A stretch of DNA of 32,000 nucleotides from Aliivibrio fischeri ES114 (GTDB lineage Bacteria; Pseudomonadota; Gammaproteobacteria; Enterobacterales; Vibrionaceae): the NCBI RefSeq assembly GCF_000011805.1, contig NC_006840.2. One strand, written 5' to 3'. The number at the start of each line of letters is the position of its first letter. Within the stretch, counting starts at the first letter, position 1. The notes beneath the pieces are model-generated. The model was not told the DNA's origin and ran no database searches. It saw only the letters and a list, made by a program, of their open reading frames with translations. This document shows positions 20,309 to 29,152 of this stretch, in pieces. A program made the translations under genes and the position numbers.

Positions 20309-21697
20309 AGGAGCTTGGTGATCTGCTCTTAACTCTTTGTCTTTAACTAATGATTGTTTCAATAAGGCAGAATAAAGGGGTTGACCACCTAAAGCTTGAG
20401 CAATAAACGTTGCGCCTAATGTTGTAACCAATAAAGGTAAAATTAATTGATAATTATTGGTCATTTCTACAACAAGAATCACCCCAGTTACTGGTGCTCT
20501 AACCGTTGCTGCAAACAGTGCGCCCATGCCAGCAATCGCATAAACACCAGGTTCCGCTATCCAACCAGGGAACCAAGCTGACATCACCATACCATAAGAT
20601 AAGCCAAGCAAAGTGCCTAAAGCTAACATTGGGGCAAAAATCCCCCCTGGTGCACCCGATGAAAAACAAGCAACAGTCACAATCACTCGAAGAACAAAGA
20701 AGCCAACCATAAGAATCCAAGCCATTGGGCTATGAAACATTTCAGTAATGATCGCCATGCCACTGCCTGAAAGTTCGGGAGCAACTAAATGTAAGAATGA
20801 GAAGGTAGCACCAAAAGCCGCCCCCATCAGAACAATTCGAGATAATTTGTTCTGATGAAATTTCTTAACTTTACTTGTTCCTTTAAGAATCCATTTATTA
20901 AAGTTTACTCCAATAATGCCAAAGATAATCCCTAAAATAGCAAACAAGATAAGGGATCTTAGTGGTGGAACTTCAAAACTAGGGATGGTTAAAAAGGCTT
21001 CCTGTCCATGTAATGAACGCATAACGATCGTTGCAACCGCTGTTGCTAATGTCACGCATTTAATTGAAGTAATGTTATATCTAAATTGTGGTCGCATCTC
21101 TTCTACAATAAAAAGAATACCTGCTAGTGGCGCATTAAAGGCAGCAGCCAAGCCAGCAGCAGCACCCGCAGCAGTCAAAATATGAGAAGAGTGACTAAAT
21201 CGCTTTCCTTTACTCGCAACCATTCGCCCTACCGCACCACCAATTTGTATAGAAGGCCCTTCACGCCCCAATACCATTCCAGATCCAATAGTTAATGTAC
21301 CTGCAATAAATTTAACAGGTAGAACTCGATGCCAACGAATTTCATGCGTGCCATCCAATGCGCCTTCAATGTGTGGAATACCACTACCTGCTACTTCTGG
21401 AGCAAACTTAAACGTTAACCAAAAACCTAACGCAGCCATTGCAGCACCAGCAACTACAGCACCAATTGGAGCAATAAATTCAGAATAAGGAAGTGAATCA
21501 AGAAAATGTAAGCGCTGTTCACCAATGAGTCGAATAGACGCTTCAAACATGGCAACAACGGAACCAGCAATACCGCCAACTAAAGCAGATAAAAGCAGCA
21601 GTGCATAGTAATCAGTTTGTGTGGTTAAAAATTTTGGAGTTGTGCGATGTTTGAGCATCCCACCTTGAAAGAAACGAAAATTGGGTGATTTTGGCAT
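20291..21697 (-). CDS. clcA: H+/Cl- antiporter ClcA (CLC family)
   Basis: 468-aa ORF. GSGIPHIEG and GREGP selectivity-filter motifs plus GxFAPML. Collinear with E. coli ClcA as I recall it. Confidence 0.93.
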   Translation of the reverse strand: MPKSPNFRFFQGGMLKHRTTPKFLTTQTDYYALLLLSALVGGIAGSVVAMFEASIRLIGEQRLHFLDSLPYSEFIAPIGAVVAGAAMAALGFWLTFKFAPEVAGSGIPHIEGALDGTHEIRWHRVLPVKFIAGTLTIGSGMVLGREGPSIQIGGAVGRMVASKGKRFSHSSHILTAAGAAAGLAAAFNAPLAGILFIVEEMRPQFRYNITSIKCVTLATAVATIVMRSLHGQEAFLTIPSFEVPPLRSLILFAILGIIFGIIGVNFNKWILKGTSKVKKFHQNKLSRIVLMGAAFGATFSFLHLVAPELSGSGMAIITEMFHSPMAWILMVGFFVLRVIVTVACFSSGAPGGIFAPMLALGTLLGLSYGMVMSAWFPGWIAEPGVYAIAGMGALFAATVRAPVTGVILVVEMTNNYQLILPLLVTTLGATFIAQALGGQPLYSALLKQSLVKDKELRADHQAPLKDVT

Positions 21698-21904
21698 TTA
21701 TCGAATCAACTTAGCACGTAAAGAGCATTGGCAACATTTATTAGAATAAGATCACAAATAATTATACGCTTCAGCAGCCGATAGACCCTAACCATTTACA
21801 AAAACTTAGATTGATTAAATGACCGAGATCGACCTTTGATATAAATCAAATAAATAACTCCTAGTAATTCTGTTACAAAACGAATAACAAAAATTTCTAT
21901 GAGA

Positions 21905-21942
21905 CACAAAAAACCCGCAGAACTGTGTAATTCTACGGGTTT
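21905..21942 (-). terminator. Intrinsic terminator after lpxM
   Basis: AAACCCGCAGAA (21911-21922) pairs with TTCTACGGGTTT (21931-21942) with one mismatch. The A-run at 21907-21913 gives a T-tract on the minus strand. Confidence 0.75.
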
Positions 21943-21968
21943 CAAATAAGAGCCGAATAACAAAAAAG

Positions 21969-22922
21969 TTAATACAAACGGCTACCACCTGGACGAGAGC
22001 GTAGTAAGTTTAATACCCACATATATTGTTCAGGACGCTCAGTCACAAGCTGCTCAATAGCAATATTCATCGCGCGAGCATCTGTTTCTTCATCACCAGA
22101 TGGAAAATCAGCAATAGCTGGTAAGGTAATAATTTCAAACTGACCCGTTTCAGAGTTATAAGATGGTAACATTGGCACTACTTTCGCTTTTGATAAGCGA
22201 GCTAATTTACCAAACCCTTTTAGCGTCGCTTTCTGAGTCGCAAAGAAAGGTACAAATACACTATTTTGAGGACCATGATCTTCATCTGGTAGGTAATACG
22301 CTAAATAACCTTCTTTAATTGCTTTAATTAACGGTTTAATACCCGCACTACGAGCATAGATCTTACCGCCATATTGCATTCGCTGAACGTGCATTAGCCA
22401 GTCTGTAATTGGGTTTTTTTGTGGTTTCATCATTGTGGTTACATGATAACCACGAGAAGCTAATAAGATAGCTGGAAAATCAATAGCCCATGCATGAGGT
22501 GCTAAAATAATGATGTTTTCTTTCTGCTCAAGAAGAGGAAATAAATTCTCTCCTCCCACAAAAATACCGCGTTTTTCATTATGCTTACGGCTACGAACAA
22601 GCAACTCAGAAAAGCCAAGCATAACTTGAGCACCCGTAATATAAGTATCTTCAAGCAGTTTCTGTTGCTCTTGTTCTGATTTTTCAGGAAAACAGGTCGC
22701 AATATTTAACTTAGCACGCTTAATACCACCACTTGGTTTCTTAAGTACTAATTTAACGATTTTCGCTGCTAATTTGTCACGTAATCGAAATGGAATAAAA
22801 GCCAAAATAATAGCAAAACCAATCCCAAGCCACGTAGGCCAGTATTTAGGATGGAGAAATGCCCATTGAAATGTTGGGTTATAAACGTTTTTATCGATTT
22901 TTTCAGTCATGAATTGCTTCAC
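21969..22922 (-). CDS. lpxM: Lipid A secondary acyltransferase, MsbB/LpxM-like (HtrB/MsbB family)
   Basis: 317-aa ORF. N-terminal TM anchor. YYLPDEDHGP...FVPFFATQKATL and PEQYMWVLNLLRSRP resemble my recollection of E. coli MsbB (YYLPDQDHGP..., PEQYTWILKLLKTR) more than LpxL. Confidence 0.8.
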   Translation of the reverse strand: MKQFMTEKIDKNVYNPTFQWAFLHPKYWPTWLGIGFAIILAFIPFRLRDKLAAKIVKLVLKKPSGGIKRAKLNIATCFPEKSEQEQQKLLEDTYITGAQVMLGFSELLVRSRKHNEKRGIFVGGENLFPLLEQKENIIILAPHAWAIDFPAILLASRGYHVTTMMKPQKNPITDWLMHVQRMQYGGKIYARSAGIKPLIKAIKEGYLAYYLPDEDHGPQNSVFVPFFATQKATLKGFGKLARLSKAKVVPMLPSYNSETGQFEIITLPAIADFPSGDEETDARAMNIAIEQLVTERPEQYMWVLNLLRSRPGGSRLY

Positions 22923-22988
22923 TGTCTCATTATTATAAGTGAGTTATGATATAACAAAGCATTGCTGATAGAAACCTAGGAGATAGGG

Positions 22989-23414
22989 ATGGCTTTCCAA
23001 TTACACCCACGTTTGCAACAAGACTGTATTGTTTTAGGAAATTTACCTTTATGTAAGGTACTTTTAATCAAAGAAGATATTGGCCCTTGGTTAATTTTGG
23101 TACCAAGAATTGAAGAATTAAAAGAAATTCATCACATGACTGATGAGCAACAGATCCAGTTTATTAAAGAATCAAGTGCAGTTGCTCAATTATTAGAAGA
23201 TAATTTCTCCCCTGATAAAATCAATATCGGTGCATTAGGTAATTTAGTACCTCAACTGCATATTCACCACATTGCTCGCTTCACTACTGATGTCGCTTGG
23301 CCGGGACCAGTATGGGGGAATACAACTGGCGTTATTCGTGCGCAATCCTCTCAAACTCAATTAGTTGATCTGCTAAGAGATAAATTAAGTAATATCTCAG
23401 GCTTTAAGCGATAA
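22989..23414 (+). CDS. HIT-family hydrolase
   Basis: 141-aa ORF with histidine-triad motif PQLHIHHIAR. Divergent from lpxM across a 66-bp gap. Confidence 0.8.
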   Translation: MAFQLHPRLQQDCIVLGNLPLCKVLLIKEDIGPWLILVPRIEELKEIHHMTDEQQIQFIKESSAVAQLLEDNFSPDKINIGALGNLVPQLHIHHIARFTTDVAWPGPVWGNTTGVIRAQSSQTQLVDLLRDKLSNISGFKR

Positions 23415-23433
23415 CTTTACATAAGAAACCAAT

Positions 23434-23465
23434 AAAAAAGGCAGTTATCTATTAACTGCCTTTTA
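23434..23465. terminator. Bidirectional intrinsic terminator between the HIT gene and yfcL
   Basis: GGCAGTTA (23440-23447) pairs with TAACTGCC (23453-23460), flanked by an A-run and a T-run. Confidence 0.8.
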
Positions 23466-23492
23466 CTTACTAACACTAAGCCTTAAAGCTAA

Positions 23493-23771
23493 TTAAGCGT
23501 GTTGTAATTCATCCCACAGCTCAGCAACAATAATACGGTCTGCTGGAGATAATTCTGATTTTGCTTTTTCAAGGCTATCATTAATATGATTTTTTAAGAT
23601 ATCGAGATCGTTAATACCTTGCTCTTCGCAATTAGCTACTGATAACGAAATATGACCACGTAAGTAGCCGCCGGCAAATAACTCATCATCAGATGCCGAT
23701 TCAATTCGAGCATCAATTAATTCAAGCATTTTTTCTTCAAATTCAATGATCATCTTTTTCCTATTGGACAA
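23493..23771 (-). CDS. yfcL: YfcL-family protein
   Basis: 92-aa ORF. IIEFEEKMLELID...ASDDELFAGGYLRGH matches my recollection of E. coli YfcL. Its start overlaps the epmC stop by 11 nt. Confidence 0.85.
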   Translation of the reverse strand: MSNRKKMIIEFEEKMLELIDARIESASDDELFAGGYLRGHISLSVANCEEQGINDLDILKNHINDSLEKAKSELSPADRIIVAELWDELQHA

Positions 23772-24291
23772 TAAATTGTTCTTTAGTTAATGGGGCTATT
23801 TGATAAAACTCACGCAATGCATTAGATAGCATATCAACTCGTGGTGGTAATCCACTATCTAAAATTGTCATTACTTCATTATGTACTTTTGTCATGAATG
23901 CTAAACGATCTGGCTCAAAATCGCCATTCAAGTTATCGCAGCTAACGTTAAATTTTAATCCTGCGCTTAATGACAAAATCCATTCATACGCTTGTGGTCG
24001 AATTTCAACTTTTTCAAACTCAGCTTGCACTTGCTCTGTACGTCCATCAGGCTCGTACCAGTAACCGAAATCTTCCAATAATCGACGTTCAGGTCCAGCA
24101 ACACACCAATGTGCTATTTCATGCATACCTGATTGATAGAAACCACGAGCAAAAATAATACGATGATAAGTAAATTCATCACCTGCAGGTAAATAGATAG
24201 GTTCATCACCACCAAGCTCTAGCTTAGTATTGAAAGAATCATAAAAGGTATTATTAAAAATAGAGATTAAATCTTGGTATTGGTGCGACAT
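23761..24291 (-). CDS. epmC: Elongation factor P hydroxylase EpmC (YfcM)
   Basis: 176-aa ORF. DEPIYLPA..., HEIAHWCVAG, FGYWYEPDGR and CDNLNGDFEPDR are collinear with E. coli YfcM as I recall it. Confidence 0.9.
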   Translation of the reverse strand: MSHQYQDLISIFNNTFYDSFNTKLELGGDEPIYLPAGDEFTYHRIIFARGFYQSGMHEIAHWCVAGPERRLLEDFGYWYEPDGRTEQVQAEFEKVEIRPQAYEWILSLSAGLKFNVSCDNLNGDFEPDRLAFMTKVHNEVMTILDSGLPPRVDMLSNALREFYQIAPLTKEQFIVQ

Positions 24292-24481
24292 GCCACGAGC
24301 TTAAAAATTATAAATTGAACGACATTCTACCGCATGAATATTAAAAGACATATGTAGATAAATTTTTTTTATCTTCTTTTTCAAAATTATTCATTATGTG
24401 TAAAAAGATCGAACTGATACTCTCCGCAAAAATTACCTATGTGAATTATTTTATCCTTTTTTATTTGGAGCTATCAAAGCT

Positions 24482-25015
24482 GTGAATGACATCACTTTAG
24501 ATTTAACTCAATTACTCGATTTAGGCCCTTTTTCTTGGACTGCGATTTTTGCTTGTGCATTTAATGGCTTTCTTATTGGCACAGAGCGCCAAACACGTGG
24601 AAAACCAGTAGGAATAAGAACCTCAATTTTAATTATTTCAGGCACTTACTTCTTTCTTGCAATGGCGGTATCTCTATCACCAAATACATTAGATCAAGCC
24701 AGAGTATTAGGGCAAATTATTACTGGAGTTGGCTTTCTTGGCGCAGGTGTAATGATGACTCTTGATGGAAAAATACATGGTGTAACCTCTGCGGCCATTA
24801 TTTGGGTGCTTGCGGCTTTAGGTATGATGATAGCACTAGGTTATATTCAACAATCCATTATTATTACTTTACTCGCTCTGTTTGTACTCTTAGGAATTGA
24901 TAAACTTGAAAATTCATTTAAAAGTTTACGTCGTGGTGTACACCAAAAAATTCTAAATATCAGAATACACAAACCAAAAGCTCAAAAAATAGACATTAGA
25001 CATAACAAAAACTAA
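24482..25015 (+). CDS. MgtC/SapB-family membrane protein
   Basis: 177-aa ORF with GTG start. GTERQTRGKPVGIRT motif and 4-5 hydrophobic helices typical of the MgtC N-terminal domain, with a short basic tail. Confidence 0.82.
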   Translation: MNDITLDLTQLLDLGPFSWTAIFACAFNGFLIGTERQTRGKPVGIRTSILIISGTYFFLAMAVSLSPNTLDQARVLGQIITGVGFLGAGVMMTLDGKIHGVTSAAIIWVLAALGMMIALGYIQQSIIITLLALFVLLGIDKLENSFKSLRRGVHQKILNIRIHKPKAQKIDIRHNKN

Positions 25016-25120
25016 TCCGAATTAATTCAGAATAGTTTTTTTCATTCGTCATTAGTCGTTTAATTACATAAAATCTGTGGCTTCTTTTTTTGCCTACTTG
25101 GCACGTTACGGTATTAGAAA

Positions 25121-25762
25121 ATGTTATTAACAATTCTTTATATTATTGGGATCACCGCTGAAGCTATGACAGGCGCATTAGCTGCCGGTAAGAAAAAAAT
25201 GGATTGGTTTGGCGTAATGCTGGTTGCAAGTGTAACTGCCATTGGCGGTGGTACTGTACGAGATATCCTTCTTGGACACTACCCTATCGGATGGGTGAAA
25301 AATCCACAGTTTCTAGTAATTACGTGTATTGCGGGTGTATTAACTACTTGGATCGGCCCATGGGTGGCTAAGAACCATCGCTTCTTTGTTTTACTTGATG
25401 CGATTGGCCTTATCGTATTTAGTATCATCGGCTCTCAAGTTGCGTTAGATATGGGACTACACCCACTAATTTGTGTTGTTGCAGCTATCGTAACTGGTGT
25501 ATTCGGCGGTTTACTTCGTGATCTTTTCTGCCGCCAACAACCTATGGTATTACATAAAGAGCTATACGCATCCGTCTCTTTATTATCTGCTGTTTTATAC
25601 ATTGGCTTACTTCATTTTGGCGTTGATGAACTAATTACAACGATTGTCACTATCGTTATTGGTTTCTCTGCACGTATGGCTGCAGTTAAATTTGGTTGGT
25701 GTTTACCAGTATTCCACTTGGATATTGGAGAGGAGCAACCAGAAACGATTGAAAAAAGATAA
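25121..25762 (+). CDS. Trimeric intracellular cation channel (TRIC/UPF0126, YadS/YicG-like) membrane protein
   Basis: 213-aa ORF. Internal duplication with two glycine-rich motifs, AIGGGTVRDILLG and GVFGGLLRDLF. Seven predicted helices. Confidence 0.85.
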   Translation: MLLTILYIIGITAEAMTGALAAGKKKMDWFGVMLVASVTAIGGGTVRDILLGHYPIGWVKNPQFLVITCIAGVLTTWIGPWVAKNHRFFVLLDAIGLIVFSIIGSQVALDMGLHPLICVVAAIVTGVFGGLLRDLFCRQQPMVLHKELYASVSLLSAVLYIGLLHFGVDELITTIVTIVIGFSARMAAVKFGWCLPVFHLDIGEEQPETIEKR

Positions 25763-25778
25763 ACCCTAAAGAAACTCG

Positions 25779-25904
25779 ATTTTAGGGACGAGTAAGATCA
25801 AAAAGAGCCAGATTGAATATAACGTCAATCTGGCTCTTTTTATTTATGTCAGTAGTAGGGGCTATTCTCCCCCGCTTTTAACTCGCTCTTATTCGTCCCT
25901 AAAA
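25779..25904. repeat. 18-nt inverted repeat bracketing the terminator
   Basis: TTTTAGGGACGAGTAAGA (25780-25797) versus the reverse complement of TCTTATTCGTCCCTAAAA (25887-25904): 17/18, and the mismatch is G-U compatible. Extra CCCTA cores occur at 25764-25770 and 25911-25915. Confidence 0.7.
25800..25841. terminator. Bidirectional intrinsic terminator between the TRIC-like gene and aroC
   Basis: GAGCCAGATTG (25805-25815) pairs with CAATCTGGCTC (25826-25836), flanked by A5 and T5. Confidence 0.85.
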
Positions 25905-25925
25905 ACTAGTCCCTATCTCCTACAA

Positions 25926-27011
25926 CTAAATCTTAGGCGTCTCAGTTTGAACACCAAAGTTTTGTCCACGATGACGTACTAAGTGATCCATTACAACAAT
26001 CGCTAGCATCGCTTCTGCAATTGGCACAGCACGAATACCAACACATGGATCATGACGACCTTTAGTTATCAATTCTGTTTTTTCTCCGCTACGAGTAATG
26101 GTTTCACCCGGAACCGTAATGCTTGACGTTGGTTTTAAGGCAATATGAGCCACAATATCTTGGCCAGATGAAATACCACCTAAAATACCACCGGCGTGAT
26201 TCGAGCTAAAACCTTCAGGCGTCAATGGATCACGATGTTCAGAACCACGCTGATTAACCACTTCAAAGCCATCACCAATCTCAACACCTTTAACAGCATT
26301 AATCCCCATAAGAGCATGAGCAACATCTGCATCTAAACGATCAAATACCGGCTCGCCTAAACCAACAGGAACGCCTTGCGCTACAACCGTGATCTTTGCT
26401 CCAATAGAGTCACCTTCTTTCTTTAACTTACGAATAAGCTCATCAAAAGCATCAACTTTACTCGCGTCAGGGCAGAAAAAAGCATTATTTTCAATTTCAT
26501 TCCAATCAACAGAATCAATCGATACATCGCCCATTTGTGATAAATAAGCTCGAATCTCAATACCAAACTCTTGCTTCAAATACTTTTTAGCTACTGCACC
26601 TGCTGCAACACGCATAGCAGTTTCACGTGCGGATGAACGACCACCACCACGGTAATCACGTTGCCCATACTTCTGATGGTAAGTGTAATCTGCATGGCCT
26701 GGGCGGAATTTATCTTTTATCTCAGAGTAATCTTTTGAGCGTTGATCTGTATTTTCAATTAATAGACCAATAGAAGTACCCGTTGTTTTTCCTTCAAAAA
26801 CACCAGATAAGATCTTCACTTCATCCGCTTCGCGGCGCTGTGTTGTGTATTTTGACGTCCCCGGTTTGCGACGATCAAGATCAACTTGTAAATCAGCTTC
26901 GGTTAATTCCAAACCTGGAGGGCAGCCATCAACAATGCAGCCTAACGCTAACCCGTGGCTTTCACCAAACGTCGTTACTCGAAAATGTTGTCCTATAGAA
27001 TTTCCAGCCAT
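25926..27011 (-). CDS. aroC: Chorismate synthase AroC
   Basis: 361-aa [33 protein letters not shown] and RHDPCVG motifs. GAGGAAG RBS upstream. Confidence 0.97.
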   Translation of the reverse strand: MAGNSIGQHFRVTTFGESHGLALGCIVDGCPPGLELTEADLQVDLDRRKPGTSKYTTQRREADEVKILSGVFEGKTTGTSIGLLIENTDQRSKDYSEIKDKFRPGHADYTYHQKYGQRDYRGGGRSSARETAMRVAAGAVAKKYLKQEFGIEIRAYLSQMGDVSIDSVDWNEIENNAFFCPDASKVDAFDELIRKLKKEGDSIGAKITVVAQGVPVGLGEPVFDRLDADVAHALMGINAVKGVEIGDGFEVVNQRGSEHRDPLTPEGFSSNHAGGILGGISSGQDIVAHIALKPTSSITVPGETITRSGEKTELITKGRHDPCVGIRAVPIAEAMLAIVVMDHLVRHRGQNFGVQTETPKI

Positions 27012-27356
27012 TACTTCCTCTGTAAATATAAGTGATTAGTCATCATTCACCTGACTAACAATCAGTTCTTAATAAAACCATATTGGCTTGAATCGTATTG
27101 AGAGTAAACCCCTATCCCAAGGTTTATCTTTCAGTTATTGTTTTTTTTAATTTTAATCCTTTTTTGCCACCTTCACCCAACAACGGCAAAACGTGACCGC
27201 CATTCCAAAAATATGGTAAGATAACTCTCAGATTAAAGAATAAATAAATTTAAATAACTTAAAACTTGCTATTAAAAATAAAAATTGAACATTTTTGATA
27301 CAAAAAAGCAAAAGTTTTCAATTATACTGTCGATATAATTATCAATAATATGTAAT

Positions 27357-27372
27357 TGGCACTAATCCTGCT
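27357..27372 (+). promoter_or_regulatory. Candidate sigma54 (-24/-12) promoter, antisense-oriented in the prmB-aroC gap
   Basis: TGGCAC-TAATC-CTGCT differs from TGGCAC-N5-TTGCW at one position, with correct GG/GC spacing. It is a better match than the norV promoter in this same window. It is intergenic and points at a terminator-bounded ~170-nt unit. Confidence 0.4.
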
Positions 27373-27395
27373 ATATACAATATGTAGTTAATTTA

Positions 27396-27524
27396 ATGGA
27401 TATCAATTCAATGAAACTGATTCGTTTAGTTAAAAAAGCATTAAGTAAGAAGCATTCAAGTCAAAAACAACAAGAACTTCGCAAACGACTGGATTTTGCA
27501 ATGTCACAAAGTAAACAAGCATAA
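27396..27524 (+). CDS. Candidate 42-codon basic small ORF (alternatively the body of an sRNA)
   Basis: ATG at 27396 to TAA at 27522-27524: MDINSMKLIRLVKKALSKKHSSQKQQELRKRLDFAMSQSKQA. No Shine-Dalgarno. It begins ~13 nt after the predicted sigma54 start site and ends just before the hairpin stem at 27527-27552. It is below the ORF-track length cutoff. Confidence 0.25.
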   Translation: MDINSMKLIRLVKKALSKKHSSQKQQELRKRLDFAMSQSKQA

Positions 27525-27552
27525 AAAAAGCCCGATGTTTCCATCAGGCTTT
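27523..27552 (-). terminator. Intrinsic terminator of prmB (weaker in the + direction)
   Basis: AAAGCCCGATG (27527-27537) pairs with CATCAGGCTTT (27542-27552) with one mismatch. The A7 run at 27523-29 gives a minus-strand T-tract. The plus-strand tail is TTTCATTT. Confidence 0.75.
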
Positions 27553-27570
27553 CATTTAGATTAATTTGGT

Positions 27571-28503
27571 TTAGTCGCGATAAAGAGCAAACTCATCTGC
27601 GCAATCAAGAAGTTGCTGCTTAGTTAACATGAATACACCATGTCCACCTTCCGCAAACTCAATCCAAGTAAATGGAATGTCTGGGTATTGCTCCATCATA
27701 TGAACCATTGAGTTACCCACTTCACAGATTAAGAAACCGTTATCCATTAAATAATCTGGTGCATTTGCTAAAATACGACGAACTAACTTCAATCCATCTG
27801 TACCTGCTGCTAAACCTAATTCAGGTTCATGCTCAAACTCTTCCGGTAAGCTATTCATATCCTCTTCATCCACATAAGGTGGGTTAGAGACAATGAAGTT
27901 ATACTGATCTTTAGGAATATCACGTAATAGATCTGAGCGGATTGGGAACACTTGTTGCTCCATGCCATGATCTTGAACATTTTGTTCAGCAACCATTAAT
28001 GCATCCGTCGAAATATCAATCGCATCTACTTCCGCATTTGGGAACGCATGAGCACACGCAATCGCAATACAACCACTACCCGTACATAAATCCATAATAC
28101 GTGTAGGCTCTTCGGTTAACCACGGTTCGAATTGTGTTTCAATCAACTCTGCAATTGGTGAACGAGGCACAAGTACACGCTCATCAACAAAAAACTCAAG
28201 GCCACAGAACCACGCTTTATTCGTTAAATAAGCCGTAGGAATACGCTCATTAATACGACGTACAACACGCTCAACAATACGTAAACGCTCTGTTGATGTT
28301 AAGCGTGATTCACGCACATGCGCTGGCACATCAATTGGTAAGTACAGTGTTGGAAGCACAAGTTGAACAGCTTCATCCCATGCGTTATCTGTACCGTGAC
28401 CATAAAAAAGACCCGCAGCATTAAAACGACTTACCGTCCAACGCAGCATATCTTGTAACGTATGAAGCTCAGCGACCGCCTCTTCTACAAAAATCTTATC
28501 CAA
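27571..28503 (-). CDS. prmB: Ribosomal protein uL3 glutamine N5-methyltransferase PrmB
   Basis: SAM motif [12 protein letters not shown] and NPPY catalytic motif. ORF-track start is the TTG at 28515. The TTG at 28503 gives (M)DKIFVEEAV and 310 aa, matching my recollection of the E. coli PrmB N-terminus and length, with a GGGGG SD-like run upstream. Confidence 0.92.
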   Translation of the reverse strand: MDKIFVEEAVAELHTLQDMLRWTVSRFNAAGLFYGHGTDNAWDEAVQLVLPTLYLPIDVPAHVRESRLTSTERLRIVERVVRRINERIPTAYLTNKAWFCGLEFFVDERVLVPRSPIAELIETQFEPWLTEEPTRIMDLCTGSGCIAIACAHAFPNAEVDAIDISTDALMVAEQNVQDHGMEQQVFPIRSDLLRDIPKDQYNFIVSNPPYVDEEDMNSLPEEFEHEPELGLAAGTDGLKLVRRILANAPDYLMDNGFLICEVGNSMVHMMEQYPDIPFTWIEFAEGGHGVFMLTKQQLLDCADEFALYRD

Positions 28504-28555
28504 AATTGCCCCCAAAACAAGTTATAATACTACTGTTAATTATTGGAATTTAAAA

Positions 28556-29089
28556 ATGAGCAAAAACGACCACCTATCAGATGACGAACTTTCGCTGTTC
28601 CGTGAAGCAGTACAAGGCTCTAAAAAGTTGCAACAGGATACCATAATCCATCAGCCGAGTAAGAACTTTAGCGACCTACAACAGCAAAGAAAATCATTAA
28701 AAGAAGGGAAAAATGAAGAGTTTTTCTTTTCTGATGAATTTGTACCACTTCTGAGTGAAGATGGTCCAATTCGCTATGCCCGTGATGACGTATCAAAATA
28801 CGAAGTAAAACGCTTACGACGTGGCGTATACGTACCTGATGTATTTTTAGATATGCATGGTATGAAACAAGATGAAGCCAAGCGTGAATTAGGCTCTATG
28901 ATTGCTTATTGCCTTAAAGAAAATATCTCTTGTGCGAGTGTTATGCATGGTATTGGCAAACATATTCTTAAACAGAAAGTGCCTCTATGGTTAGCCCAAC
29001 ATCCCGATGTAATGGCTTTTCACCAAGCCCCTCTAGAGTTTGGTGGTGCAGGTGCCATTCTAGTATTACTCTCAATACCTGATAGATAA
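28556..29089 (+). CDS. smrB: Smr-domain ribosome-rescue endonuclease SmrB (YfcN)
   Basis: 177-aa ORF. DELSLFREAV... N-terminus and a C-terminal Smr domain (LDMHG...HGIGKHILK). Divergent from prmB as in E. coli. Confidence 0.9.
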   Translation: MSKNDHLSDDELSLFREAVQGSKKLQQDTIIHQPSKNFSDLQQQRKSLKEGKNEEFFFSDEFVPLLSEDGPIRYARDDVSKYEVKRLRRGVYVPDVFLDMHGMKQDEAKRELGSMIAYCLKENISCASVMHGIGKHILKQKVPLWLAQHPDVMAFHQAPLEFGGAGAILVLLSIPDR

Positions 29090-29130
29090 AAAAAGATCCC
29101 ACAGCCGTTAAGCTCTGGGATCTTTTTTAT
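29088..29130. terminator. Bidirectional intrinsic terminator between smrB and sixA
   Basis: GATCCCA (29095-29101) pairs with TGGGATC (29116-29122), flanked by an A-run and T6. Confidence 0.75.
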
Positions 29131-29152
29131 TTCATCTGTTTTCTATATGAAT

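Noticed and set aside
20916-21185. 89-aa ORF antisense to clcA ending in an Ala/Pro-rich tail
   Set aside because: It is the antisense shadow of the Gly/Ala-rich ClcA helices (GAAAGLAAAFNAPLAG). It has no independent signals.
21698-21968. Fluoride (crcB-motif) riboswitch upstream of the CLC gene
   Set aside because: The encoded protein has the Cl-/H+ ClcA-type filter (GSGIP, GREGP), not the CLC-F type. I saw no crcB-motif-like pseudoknot sequence in the leader.
24396-24485. 29-codon upstream ORF (MCKKIELILSAKITYVNYFILFYLELSKL) ending in a GTGA overlap with the MgtC-family start, reminiscent of the mgtM/mgtP/mgtL leader peptides in Salmonella
   Set aside because: It has no RBS and none of the Pro- or other sensing-codon enrichment seen in the Salmonella leaders. 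I saw no alternative terminator/antiterminator pairings. It is probably a chance ORF in a T-rich leader.
25099-25114. TGGCAC hexamer upstream of the TRIC-like gene as a sigma54 promoter
   Set aside because: The -12 position reads GGTAT (TGGCAC-GTTAC-GGTAT). There is no GC dinucleotide at the required spacing.
27352-27362. GT-N7-AC (GTAATTGGCAC) next to the candidate sigma54 promoter as a NorR box, which would imply NorR control
   Set aside because: It overlaps the -24 element itself and lacks the GTCA...(G/A)AC shape of the three real NorR boxes at 2205-2260. The minimal GT-N7-AC pattern is too degenerate to be informative.
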